Assembly (NCBI GenBank): GCA_905178155.1
Contig: CAJINV010000015.1
Location: 1,045,969-1,109,968 of the forward strand
Direction of reading: 5' to 3'
Length of the DNA stretch: 64,000 nucleotides
DNA from: Amoebophrya sp. A120
Lineage: Eukaryota; Protista; Dinoflagellata
Shown: piece after piece, positions 51,120 through 63,328 of the stretch
Layout: each line of letters starts with the position of its first letter
How positions within the stretch are numbered: the first letter of the stretch is position 1
Program-made: the position numbers and the translations under genes
The notes under the pieces: model-generated
Databases searched by the model: none
Seen by the model: only the letters and a program-made list of their open reading frames with translations
Told to the model about the DNA's origin: nothing

Positions 51120-53452
51120 GGTTTGTTTTGCAAGGAGAATCTCACGGTTCTTTTTGTTCTTATGATTTTGTTGATCGGTGGTTTTAATATTGGTGTTCTT
51201 AGTCACATCAATTATCGGATTTTTGTAGGAGACGGACACATGAGCCGACGTAGCGCTAGCAGCCTGCCGCGTTTGGTATTGCGGAGGGACCTCAGTGGTC
51301 GGGGGTGCTTGCTTATTTTCGCTATCTGACTTCATGATTTATTTTGGACAGAAGTAAATGGAATGCAGTACTTATCAAGCACGACGAAAGAGAAAAGCAA
51401 GATGTGACAAAATCAAGATGTTCATGTTGCCATCAACACGAGGAGAAAAATCCTCACTATTAGGTGCTTGTTGTTTTCATGTGCCGTTTCAAGATGTTCA
51501 GATCGTGGCGTAGAAAAGGAAGGCGCAACTAGTAAGAAAGACCTGATAGATATGATTCGACACGGCTCGTGCTCGGTTGATGCTAATTTCGAGATCCTGA
51601 TGTAGGAGCCGGCAAGGAAGTTCTTTCTGCGCGTGTTCCTGCTGGCACTGCCGTCTTGTTGCTTTTCGCAAAAAAGAAAAATCCCAACACTATACGCGCT
51701 GAACTCAGCGGCAGGTTGAGGCTCATGAATACACGTTAAAGTTTATGTTTACACAAGTAACTACTAACTTAATGTGCGCCACAAGGTTAAAGACTGTTCC
51801 TTCTAGAGCTGCCGGCGTGCAAGCTCAACTTTTGCGCGATCTTAGTAGAGGTTGTAAATGGTGGGAGGTCCTGTGATTTGATTGATACGACAACGACGGA
51901 TCAAATACAATACAATTTGCTTGATACGACGGACCACAAAGTAGTAAAAGTGTGTCAATCGACGCAAGCACGAATGTTGAGATGAATCTGAGTAAAACAA
52001 GTTCTTTCGAGACAGTGAAGGTACAGAATTCATCTGCTGTCCGATGCAGTTCGTTGCACGAAAATGACGTACAACTGCAGGCTAGCATATTAGTATTACT
52101 TGAACGTAGTTTTTTATCTTGTGTGTACGTCTGGTGCTCTCAGAGTCGCGCGCCCGAGATGAACGAAGCTGCGTCATCTGTTTTTTTCGAATAAAAAACC
52201 ATACCGACCTGACCTCCTCATAACGGTTACGACGCAACTGACTGCCCTTTCACTACAGGCACAGAATGAGTTGAGGGATAATTCCCTGCAAGAATCGGAC
52301 GTTTTTGGTATAGGTACCACCCGATATGACGACCCACGCGGAACAGAAGATGAAGATCTTCATGGCAACGAGAAAAATAAAAGAAAGAGCAGTCAGTCAG
52401 TCGCTCTAGTACAGTGCGCTTCTCGCCTTCCTCGTGTAATCTAGTGCGCGGTCAGCCCATCGCTCGTATCTAGGGCGCGACGCGAGCAGGTTCTTCCGCG
52501 CCTCTGTCCACAGCGTTTTCCTTGTCAAGTCTTGTCAGAAGAGGGGGGCGCTTCAACCTCTAAAAGAAATCTGCAAGACAAAATATCGGGGTAAAAAGAA
52601 AGAAAAGGAAAATGACTACGCTATCTAATGGTGGTCAGCTTAATGCGACAAAAAAGGTTTTTTTGTTATAGCATTAACTGTACAGATGAAAAGAACCTTC
52701 CCGAGTCTTTTTTTAAACAAGCACGACGGACTGGAGGGGGGGCCTCAGGTTTTGTAGTCCAAAGACAAGATGGAAGTAGACCGACGACGACGATAGTGTG
52801 TGAATAAAAACCTGCGACGAAATACTGGATGGAAAACGTGAAAGTTCGAAGTTGTGACGAAAATCAATTGTGTGCTCGCTTCTTTAGGCGAGCGAGTGAC
52901 TGTTGTACGTGCTAATTGAGTTCCTGAGAGTAAGTGGCTAGCACACTGTGTCTCAACAATGTGCTACCAGTACTTGACCATTGTGACGAAAATCAAAATG
53001 AGTGCAAAAAAAGCAAGTGCTTAAAAATGATGGACTGGCATCGTCGGTGCCGCAGTTCCATGAAAAAATGAAGAGAAACGTAGAAAGTACAGGTGAAACA
53101 AAAAAAGGAAATTGCAAACAAATCGGAATGAAGAAACCGACCCACTACATCTGAAGCGCTTACTTTCACCCTACCCGCGGCGGCAGTGTAGGATCAGGTT
53201 GAGGACAAGGTAGGGCGACGGAACAAGGGAATAAAGAACGACAAAGAGGAAGGGCCCATACAAAGAAATAAAAGTTTCATTTTCAATAAAATTAAAAACA
53301 AGGACAACGACAAGCGCCTCGGTGTTATAGTATCTTCTTGTTAGCCGTACTATACCATTTTTCGGGATGATGAAAAAGCCAGTTGTACTTCCCACTACAT
53401 CGACCCGGTTGTAGCGTCGCAGCACGAGTTGATGTACTATAGTAGTACTCCT

Positions 53453-56400
53453 TCACGACTGCGACGACGTGCTCTCTTCACACTTCGCGGTCTCGCCCTC
53501 CGCCTCCGGCTTCCATTCGCACGATTGGGTCCCCGGGGTAGCAGCGCCTTCGCAGTCTTCCTGCGAAAGAAGTTTGTCGCAGGGAATCTTGCCATCGGGG
53601 AGGGTCACCCCTCCGCCCACATCGCCGCTGCATTTCGCAAGACCGGACCCAGCGTCCATGGGAATCGGTCCAGCGTCGCAACCGTAGTACTCGCACTCGA
53701 CCGCGTCGCCCCACAGTGTGTTATGCGAGTTTCAACGGTTACAGCTGCAGCTGTTGTGATGCCAGAATAGTAAAAGTGCAAGGGGGGCGCTCCTTGCACT
53801 TGCGCTTCTCGCATTACCAATACCGTTGCCCGGTGGATCATCTCCATGCTATTTGACCCTTCGAAGATTTGTCATGCGAAGTGGCTTATTCATCATGTCA
53901 ATGCAAATGCCGATGGTCATTTTGCATGCCAAACGATACAAAACAGCTGAGAACGCAACGCTTGAGAATCCCGTACGAGTCGCAGTTGAATTTTTGTTTC
54001 GGGAGATCGGGTATCAAATGCAAATATGTCTGGGTCGGGAAACTTCTAATGCTGAGTTGGACATAGTGAGTGCTCTACAGTAATGCACAGCCAAGCATGC
54101 GAAATATAATTTTCGTGCCTACAACAACGTGTTCGACGCGTAGGCGGTCTCTTCTTGGACACACACCACAGACTCTGCAGTCATGCCAGACAAGCATGAC
54201 AAACCCTGCATCCCTCCAGACCCAGACATATTTGCAGTCGGTATCGGGAAGGGTAGCGATGAATTATCCTGTGCAAAAGTATCGTACTCGTACTAATTGG
54301 ATTGCTAAAAATATGCATGGCAAATGTTATGTTCTGCCTAAGGCTAAGGTAATAAAACAGTATTACAAATTCCACTTCTCTTCTTGCCAACGTTGGTAAT
54401 GCAATTACTACATATTATATTCATGCGAAAAAAGAGGTAGACAGAGGGTAAACAAGAGGTGGCCGAGAGGTCAAAAAGAGGTCAAAAGAGGTAAAAAAGA
54501 GGTCGACAGAGGTGGAGAGGTGGAGCGGGACCCCTACCTTTCGAGAGGGTCGGCGAGAGGGTGCGCGAGTATAGCCCGCCGAAGGACCCACCTTAAGGCG
54601 GCGCCTAAGTGCCTCAGAGGGTGCAGAGAGGTCAAAAAGAGGGGGCGCGAGAGGTCGACAGAGGTGGCGAGAGGTGGCGCGAATAAGGGGCGACCTCTCG
54701 CGGACCCTCACTCTTGGCCACCTCTCGGCCACCTCTGTCGACCTCTACCCGCGAGTATAGCCGGATTATTAGCGGGGACCCCCAAAAGAGGTCGAAAAGA
54801 GGGTCTGCGAGAGGTCTGCGAGAGGGTAAAACACAAAGAAGCGGGCGCGAATCCGCATGGCACTACCCATATTTGGCACTGCAGGCCATTCGCGGAGCTG
54901 TTTTGTTCGGCGCCTTTCCGCGCCACCCTCTCGCGCCACCCTCTCGCGCTACCCTCTCCCGCCGGGCGGCTTCTGTTCGCCCCCGGTGGTCTTTGCAGCT
55001 GCTCCCTGCGCAGAGCGCCCACAGGCGCGGGAAGCGCGCAAGTGGTCCTGCGGGTTGGCGCGGCGCAATATGTTTCGTTGTGCATAGGCCCGCGGGGTTG
55101 TGGTCCTATCGGCAAACAGTCTTGCCCCGGCCCAACAGCCTTGCGCTCCGGCGGCAGCCGGAGCATGGCTGGTTTATACTAGTCCGAAACTTTTGCAATG
55201 CATATGAATTGCGGCACAACAAGAGGGGCGGGAGTAACGGTAGTACTCACCGTGCACCACCCCTCGCCGGCTTCCGAAGTGAGGAAATGTCCACCGGTCT
55301 GAAGGGCAATAGAGCTTTCCGCTTCCAGTTTCAAATAGAAAAGCTCCGCGGAGCTGGTGACGTTTGCTCTAGCTGCCGCCCATTTCGTTTTCTCCATCCA
55401 CATGCAGGTCGAGGCAGAGGCTCCCGCCCCCTTATGAGAGCGCACAACGAAGAACAAGAACCTGAACCCCCCCGCCCTCCCTCATTTCTTAATAATGTCC
55501 TGCATTTTGAAATACCAAATCCACAGCTACTTTCCTGTAGGTTTACGTTTACTTTAGGCTCTGTCGTGTGCATAAAAAATTTCGGAACCTGCAGGTGCAG
55601 CTCAAACAGTATTACAATCTGTGTGCGGAAAATGAGTCCTGCTCATGCGGAGGCCACGTTCTACTTTCATCTCGCGCTGCAGCTTGTGTAGTTCTCCTTG
55701 CTGCGCGTGCTGCCCTTCAAATCGGCGGGGAGGAGTAAAAAGTTCAAGAACGTCGTGCACTCTCATACTGATCGCAGGCTGGCCGTACCTTGTTGGCAAC
55801 ACCATCCAGAGGTCTTTCCGTCTTCTCGAGACGCCGACATCCCGCCCACGCATCATCCACCCAGCTTTTGCAGTCCCCCGGGTAAAAGCCCTCACCATGG
55901 TAAGGTTCGTCAAACCAGCACTCCTTGGGATCCGCTAGTATGCATTGCAAATATGTCTGGGTCTGGAACGATGCAAGGAGGTTTGTCGTGCTTGTCTGGC
56001 ATCATGGTACGGTATGGTTAGACTAGAAAGAGGGTCTGTGATGTTGCGTGAGCGTGATGTACAGGGGCGGACGCTTTTGCGTGTCATGCGGAAAACCAAT
56101 TGTGTGCTCGCTTCTTCAGGCGAGCGAGTTACTGTCAAAACCAAAACGCAACACTGAGTGGTCGCGCATATAAATATTTTATACTTATTTATTTCTCACA
56201 CGGCTTGGCCGTGCATTTTCTTCACTGACACTGTTCAGAAGCTGCAGAAGCAGAATTCAGTATTACAAGTTTCCAGACCCTCACTCGGACATATTTGCAG
56301 TGCATAGCGAGGCATGCCTTTCCAAGTGCTTCCTTCTCTTCCGAGCTTGACTCCGCTGTCAGGGGTGCCACGTGCTGGATCTTTTTCTGGCACGCGCATA

Positions 56401-57251
56401 TGCTTTGTAAATAAAACGGTCCCACCGCCCTAGCAGACTTGTCATGCCAATTTGCATCCTCATGATATTTCTCATGTAGCTCGACGCCATGAGTGGCATT
56501 TTCTACTTGTCCTTGTGTTTAAGAGTGATCTCCTGTTGTAAAAGTGCGGTAATCTTCCATATTTGCCGCCGCTTTGGCATAAAGGCATCGGATCTGTGTT
56601 GAGGCAGAGGCGTCTGGACTCACTACAACCAGCAACGCACGACTACACTGCAATGAATATCAAACCCAAGCTTTTTTTTATACATAAGTACGGTGTGCCA
56701 AAACTACTTGTTCTGGCCCTCCTGTCTTGCAGAATTATGTCCATCCTGACTTTGGGAAGCAGCCAGGTGGAGGTGGGAACGTTTTTACTCCAGATAGCAG
56801 TCGGTCCAGAATCTCCGAAAGAGCGATCCGGATGAATTTGACTTTCCGACGAGTCAACCGCTCCAGGGGAACACTCGAGGAGGGTAGTTGAGAACTCGCT
56901 GCCGTCAACAGAAGTAACTGCCGTGCTGTTCGTCCCCCCACAGCCGGCAGCATCTTTTTTGCCATCTTGCGCGCTTTTTGTCATCTTGTTGATCATGCCA
57001 CCTTCGAGTAGAACAGAACTAGTACGCCGAAGTTGCGCGTCTTCTGCCTCATCTGCCCCCGGAGGACCCCGACCCGCTGCTGCGCTCCTTTGCAGCTTGA
57101 ATAACGCTGTATTTTCATGGCCGCGATAGTTGGTTTTCTTTGCCGCCAGCGGCATCTTTCCCCCAACCGAAACGCCGACAGCACCAGAAATCTTCACGAT
57201 AGCCACAGCCGCCGAAATAGATTTTTGAGGAACACCAGGACCACGCCCCAT
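53453..57251 (-). CDS. Cysteine-rich hypothetical protein (gene model tentative)
   Basis: Cys-rich exons (KECWFDEPYHGEGFYPGDC, FNCDSYGILKRC, CDKLLSQEDCEG...CEWKP...C) separated by three introners; stop at 53453. Inclusion of ORF 56643..57251 is uncertain. Confidence 0.4.
54012..54243. mobile_element. Introner, family A
   Basis: TSD TCGGG; right end GTA. Confidence 0.8.
54265..55204. mobile_element. Family B introner carrying Helitron-like insert
   Basis: TSD TGAAT. Confidence 0.85.
54405..55172 (+). mobile_element. Non-autonomous Helitron-like element, copy 2
   Basis: Same termini, hairpin and CTGG end as 39892-40676; differs mainly in number of CACCCTCTCGCG(C) units. Confidence 0.7.
55939..56306. 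mobile_element. Introner, family A
   Basis: TSD GCTAG/GCGAG. Confidence 0.8.
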
Positions 57252-58674
57252 GTTTGCGTTCCTCCTGGTACTAGGTGATGATGTTGTTCTGCGTTTTGGA
57301 GAGGAAGGGTAGTGGTTCTATTCTTCGTTCCACTTTAGAGGTTGTGGAGAGTTAGTACTAGGGGACGGGGATGAAAAATTGCACCGCAGTAGTTTTCCCT
57401 TTCTACAACTTGTTCAGCAGGCTAAAAATCAAGGCATGGTCAGCTTCAGGTGCCGTAGAAGTAGAGGTGATAAACAAATTTGCGTGATGCTGCTTTCAGC
57501 AAGAACGACGTGGGGGCCTGTCTAGAAGTTGAGAAGAATCTATCATGGTGACAACTATCGTCTTGAGACGAAACTATCATGGCTCTACTGCATGATCTCC
57601 CACCGGACATTCACGGTCACGGTGTGACATCAAATTACGCGTGATCATAAGTTGTAGTGCTGCCTAGTACACCTAAAAATTTTTCAGTACGCAAGAACAA
57701 CGATGGACGATTTATATAAGTACTCATTTTGTTGTGATTTAGTACTTCTTTATTGGATTGTGTACGAGGACTCCTCACGATTTATTTCATGGCCGCGTTC
57801 ATGTCTCACTTCATTTCGTTTCTTTTCAACGTGCGAGCATCTACTTGTGGCGCACGAATTAAGTCATTAGTTCCCGGGACAGAGACAGAAATCTGTAAAA
57901 ACAACGACGACAACGAACTACGACACGTTTCTTTATGTTGATAGCATTTGAACGAAACCGAGACCACCCTAGGAAGCTTCCTTACTTTCATCCAGGATGA
58001 AAGATGACGATGAAATGTTGACGCAGTAAAACAGCTTTCTATTCATCAATTTCGCTGGAACAAATTACTAAAACTGCTCGACGTTTTTATTTTTGCGTAC
58101 TTGTATAATCATTCTTCAATACTTCTTTTTTGTAAGTACTTTTCCGAGGACTCAAGGTGCGGAGGGGGCGGGTACGAGTTGGAAACTGTAGTTTTTTCTT
58201 CTACTGCTTGATGCTATGGAAGCAGGCAGGTGGTCTATCATGTCCTCGTGAAGATGATCAACATCTTCGAAGAACCGGGGCGGTGGGGAAGCTAAGGTAA
58301 AGGAACCACTTCTACCGCAGGTCGTGTTATGTAGAAGTTGTCACAACATATTTTGCAGCTTTGCGGCAGTAGTTTTGGATAAGCTACTGCGTTTGTCGCG
58401 TTGTTGTGTAGAAAAAAGTAAAAGATGTAGTACATATGAAGGGGCGAATAAAGCGCGGGTGTAAGAGCGACCAGGACGTGTTCCTTTGTGATTTCCAGTT
58501 ATACTTCCAAGCGAATGGAGGAGTGCTCCGTGTACTGTGGTGCAAAACTTGCTAGTTGCTGTAAGAGAGTCTGAGTCTATCCGTGAATGAATATTTTCAG
58601 CGAATTTATGTTTATCATCCCAGTTCACCAGCCATTCACATTTTTATACTTTAACTTTTCACCTTATACAACCA

Positions 58675-58824
58675 TATCAACTGCAAAAGTATCGTACTCG
58701 TAGATATTGCAATACTGCATGACAAATCTTCTGTTTTACCTGAATCAGCATGACAAATTCCACTCTTTTTTCTGGGCAAATTTGTAATGCAATCCATACT
58801 AGTACGATACTTTTGCAATGCATA
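58675..58824. mobile_element. Family B element in presumed PGK 3' UTR
   Basis: TSD AACCA; 25 nt past the stop codon. Confidence 0.85.
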
Positions 58825-58849
58825 AACCAATACTAGGCCGCACAACTTT

Positions 58850-61800
58850 TTACTTCTCACTGAGCGCCACCACGCCCGGGAGCGCCTTGCCCTCCAAGAG
58901 CTCCAGACTCGCGCCGCCTCCAGTGCTCACGTGCGAGATCTATCCTGAGTAAAAACGTCCCCAAACCAGAGTCAAGAGGCGAAATCTGCTACACAAGTCC
59001 ACCAGTTTTGGTTGTTTCGCATGACAAGTTTGTCTTTGTAGTGTAGTCCTCGATTTAGCTAGTTCAGAAGCATCACAGATCCAGCATATCACGCTGATTC
59101 TAGCATCACAAATTGTTCCCAAATTTGAATAGAGAATGCTTCTCATGGGGCTCCGCATGAGAAACGTTTTTGGCATGCAGATTTGCAGGACAACTCTGGG
59201 GTGGAGACGTTTTTACTCAGAATAAGATCTCTGCGGCCTTCCCCGCGTTTTCCACCAGACTTGCGGTGTCTTATGCTGTGCAAAAGTCCTATCGCACTCG
59301 TAGTAAAAGTAATCACAATGATGCATGACAAAAGAGAAATCTCTTACCTGAGGTAGTGGTAATAAAAAAATCAGCAATACAACAAATTTCATTTTTCCAT
59401 TAGAAAATCTTTTTATGCGGCCTTTACTACTAGTACGAAGATATACTTTTGCAATGCATATGTCACCACCCCCAACGATGCTGATAGCGCCAGACTTGGT
59501 TGCTTCGATCACCGCATCCAGACAGGAGAGACTGCCCTTCGCAAACTTCTCGAACTCGAACACGCCTTTATCCTATGTAAAAACGTCCCCACGAGTTCCC
59601 CATAGCTGAAATGCAAATTATCTGCGTGCTGAAAATGTTTGTTCTCATGTGGAGCCGGCCCAAGAAAGGCGCTTACATTTTCTAGTCGTGTGACGGAATT
59701 TGTGATGCTCCAATCAGCGCGACGTGCTAGATCTGTGATGCCGCTGAGCTACTTGGACTTGGAAGGATCGAGTTTTGGGCGTCTATCTGCCCAAAAACTC
59801 GGACTCGAAACTGAAGCCACAGGAGTGGCAGCTGAACAGGACGACACTACGAGGTCGTTAGATTTGTCATGTGGAACAACCAAACCTTGTTGATTTGTCT
59901 AGCAGATTTCCCATCTTGACTATGGGGTAGGGACGTTTTTACCGAGGATAGCCTTGCGGGCCGTTCCACAGGATCGTCTTTGCCTCCATGATCAGCTCCT
60001 TGTTCTTCTTCATGGATATCCTGCGTAAAAGTATCGCACTCGTAGTGATTGCACTCATGCATTACAAATTTTTTTCTCAAGGTAAATCCGCATGACAAAT
60101 TTAATTATTATTTCTCACGCTGAGAGAATAATTATAATTTGTCATGCATTTATACGAGTACGATACTTTTGCAGTTCATAATGGACTCAGGGCCGCAATC
60201 CAGGCCCATGTAATTTTCCGGGATGCCGCTGCCGCCCAGGGTTTTCTATCAAGAAGAAAAATCGAAATCCCGCCTCCCCATATAATCAGAACGGAAAAAT
60301 CTGTGATGCGGATTCGAAGCGGAGGCGCATGCAAGGCCTGTGTAGGTTTCTAGAGGTATACCCTAGCTCTTCTTCAGCATGATACTAGATGTTGCTGCCG
60401 TACGTAGGCTAAAACGCATCACAGAATGCCTGCTCAGTGCGTCGCCTCGCTGTTCCTTCCCAAGTATGCAAAAATACAGCGGCATTTGCGTACTAGTACT
60501 ACACAAATTAGCAACGCAAATTCATCTCTTGTGGTGAATTTTCGATATAATGGAGAAGCGGTTTTTTTCACTTTGATACTTTCTCATCCTTGGCCTCCAC
60601 CGTCTCGGCGTCGGCCGCAAACTTGTCGGCTGTGGGAGAAAAAAACTGCGTATAGTGTAAGTCTGTCATCTCATGCAAATCATCTTGCAACACAATTACA
60701 AATGTCATGCTGGCCACCCATCATGTCCTGTCTTTGGGCGTGTTTTCAACACTCGTGCTAGCCGCGCACGAAACAATCAAATTTTCCCTATCATGCAGAA
60801 CAAATTTGTGATGCTGTTAGTACAACAACCCCAAGACGTTTACACTAACACAGCCTTTTTCTCGGATATCGGCGCAAAGGTAGTCGATGGGAATCTGGAT
60901 TTATCGCGAGAAAAAACTGTCGCAGTTTCAAGAACTTGTAAAAAATGTGCAAGAACTCCCATCAGACAGTTTTTTCATGTCACGCTGGAGATGCAAGGAA
61001 TGCGAGTCTTTCCTTATGTCATGTGGTTTGTTGTTGTCTGAACGCATCCCAGATTTTTTTTTGTCTAAATAACGCAATAAACTTGTCAGTATTGCTGAGT
61101 CTACTTCTGCAGGGGTTTGAGACTGAGACAGTTTTTTCTTGGGATAGGATTTTCACGTTTTTTGCCTTGGCCTTCTCCATAATCTCGGGGACAATCTTCG
61201 CGCCCTCCTCGTCATACAAAGAGGTGCCTGAGAAGTGCGGGTTTTTTTGTTCTTGTTTCCAGGTGGTAAACGGAAGAATCACTCTTCTGTATTATATATT
61301 TTCATATGCGTTGTCGGCAATGTCAAAAGAACGAGCTAAATTGTTGTTCCACGAGGGTTGGGCGCGTAATCAAGCATGTTTGCGTAATCTTCTATCAAAT
61401 CATTGCACCGATGCTCATGCCCTCCAGCACTTTTTTGAAGGTGTAGGCCATGCCGCCGCCAATGATCATCATGTCCACTTTGTCCAAGAGGTTCATGTAT
61501 CAAATGTAAAAATGTCTGGGTCAGGAAGATTGCGAGATTTGTCATGCATATTTCGGATCACGCAAATGGCGTCTGATGCAGGCAAAAGCATCACAGGTTT
61601 TGAGCACGCCTCATGATACCTCTCCCGCATGAGAAACTTCCTACTTGCGTGCCAAGAAATGGACAAGTTTTGGCGCTCATGCAACACAAATTTTTGCGTG
61701 TTCCAGAGTTTGCATCACAAGTTCCAACCCTTCCAGACCCAGACATTTTTACATTTGATATCATGATCAGCTGGATCTTGTCCTTCACCTTGGCGCCGCC

Positions 61801-62595
61801 CAAAATCGACAGAAAAGGCCGCTGCGGCTCCTCCAGGGCCTGCGGTAGAATTTTTTTAATTTTATGCCGTTCGATTACAATTTCATCTGAGAATCTTCCA
61901 GTACTCTAGCTCTTCTTCTTCAACAAGTCTGTACTAGTATTAATTAATATCACAGTTGTTTGCATTCGTTTTCGTACTATTTAAACGCATGACAGATCCA
62001 GTATAGCACCTACACTGAGGAATTCAGGTGTTCTTGCCACGGAAAAGTCAAAACCATCGGTCAGTGAGGTGTTCATGAGGTGCTGGTCGTGTACTAGTAT
62101 TGATGAATTTATTCTGCTCGGCGTATCGTGTACTAGTATCGTGTACTCGTATTAATTTATTGCTTAGTCTGCCTCGAAACATCATGAGAAATAATTTCGA
62201 TATTCATTGTGTAGAAGTACCTTTGCGAAGTAATCCAGCTCTTTCTTCATGAGTAGGCCCGCTGCTTTGATTTCGATCTATCAACTGCAAACGCGTATTG
62301 AGTCTGGGTCTAAATCTGCAAGAAAGCCGCACAAAGAGGCTGCTGTCGTCAACTTATTTCGCTGGTGCAACGTGCAAATAATTGCGGATTCTGGGCGGGA
62401 GCGAGTGCGAGCTTCTTAGCACTGAATTTATACAAGTCTAGTACTTCATTCTTGCAGTCGGCTGACGAGACTACAAAATCGTTTGCAATTGATACGCACT
62501 GCACGCCGACCATAGAGGAGTGCGCTCGGTGAGCGGTGCCAAATGCGTCGTTGATGTAGATGTCAGCGTAGGATGAGAGTCCGTTTCGGAACCGA
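58850..62595 (-). CDS. PGK: Phosphoglycerate kinase, C-terminal part (5' exons not found in window)
   Basis: [92 protein letters not shown]; TAA 58850-58852. Nine introners and two GT-AG introns. Confidence 0.93.
58941..59224. mobile_element. Introner, family C
   Basis: TSD AGATC. Confidence 0.88.
59272..59460. mobile_element. Introner, family B
   Basis: TSD TGTCT/TGTCA; restores GGGDTA. Confidence 0.85.
59569..59950. mobile_element. Introner, family C
   Basis: TSD GCCTT; restores WNGPQGVFE. Confidence 0.88.
60017..60180. mobile_element. Introner, family B
   Basis: TSD ATGGA. Confidence 0.88.
60247..60578. mobile_element. Introner, family D
   Basis: TSD TTTTC/CTTTC. Confidence 0.8.
60631..60868. 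mobile_element. Introner, family H (TAT…GAGAAAAAA(A)CTG…AGT)
   Basis: TSD TCGGC; left end TGT; restores YLCADKF. Confidence 0.75.
60902..61146. mobile_element. Introner, family H
   Basis: TSD GGATT; restores VKIQIPIDY. Confidence 0.8.
61498..61760. mobile_element. Introner, family A
   Basis: TSD TCATG; restores IQLIMNLLDK. Confidence 0.88.
62279..62494. mobile_element. Old A-like introner
   Basis: TIR TATCAA(C/T)TGCAAACG; diverged TSD CGATC/CGCAC. Confidence 0.7.
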
Positions 62596-63328
62596 ATCAC
62601 GGCAAAAAGTTCATCTTCTTCAACACCACCAAGCGCGAAAGACAGCTGGGCTTCTAGAAGAGGCCTATACTTCTACTGCCGGAACTTGTTGAAAACGGAG
62701 CTGTAAAAATTGTTCGCAGCAAAAGTAAATTGTAGAACATATTTTTCGCCCATTCTCCGAGAGGGCAGCTACGGATGAGCCGCGCGAAAATGAATCATGC
62801 ATAGTTGTTATAATTGACGGCCATGATACAACCACTTCGAGCAAGTACCACTTCCGTAGCGCAAGAACATCATATGATGCACAACTACATTCTGGACTGA
62901 TTTAGATTGCTAATATTTGTTTGAGTTCTTATTGCAAGAATTGTGTTCCGTTCTTTCTTGCGTTGGAGTTTTTCTGATGAGCTTTTCCGCCGGCGTAAAC
63001 TTTTCCACGTCCTCACTGGAAGCCTTGATTTTGTTCCCGTCCGCGTCGACCTGTTGTTCAGCATTGGGATTCTCTTGTATGTGATCATCTTCCTTACATG
63101 CGATTGTGTTCGTCCCCTTCTATCTTCACAACAACTTGTAGGGACCAAATGCAAGAACATGTCCGGCGCGTACAAGTGCAACGACCGTACGAAGAACTAA
63201 AGATAGATTACAGTTTCAAAGGTGCAACGCGAACATTATGTTAAGGGGAGTTGGAGTTAAGGTTAAGCTTAAGCAAGCATCCAAATCCATATTGATAGTC
63301 ATATCTACAATTTTATCGCAAGACTCAC

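Noticed and set aside
54520-55691. 220-aa and 325-aa plus-strand ORFs as transposase or Rep protein
   Set aside because: No DDE, HUH or helicase motif recognised; the frame is not conserved in the near-identical copy at 39.9-40.7 kb.
2393-61760. Recurrent peptides in the ORF track (MSGSGR, PDPDIF, CKSIVLV, KNVWVWK) as a repeat-protein family
   Set aside because: They are translations of introner TIRs in various frames.
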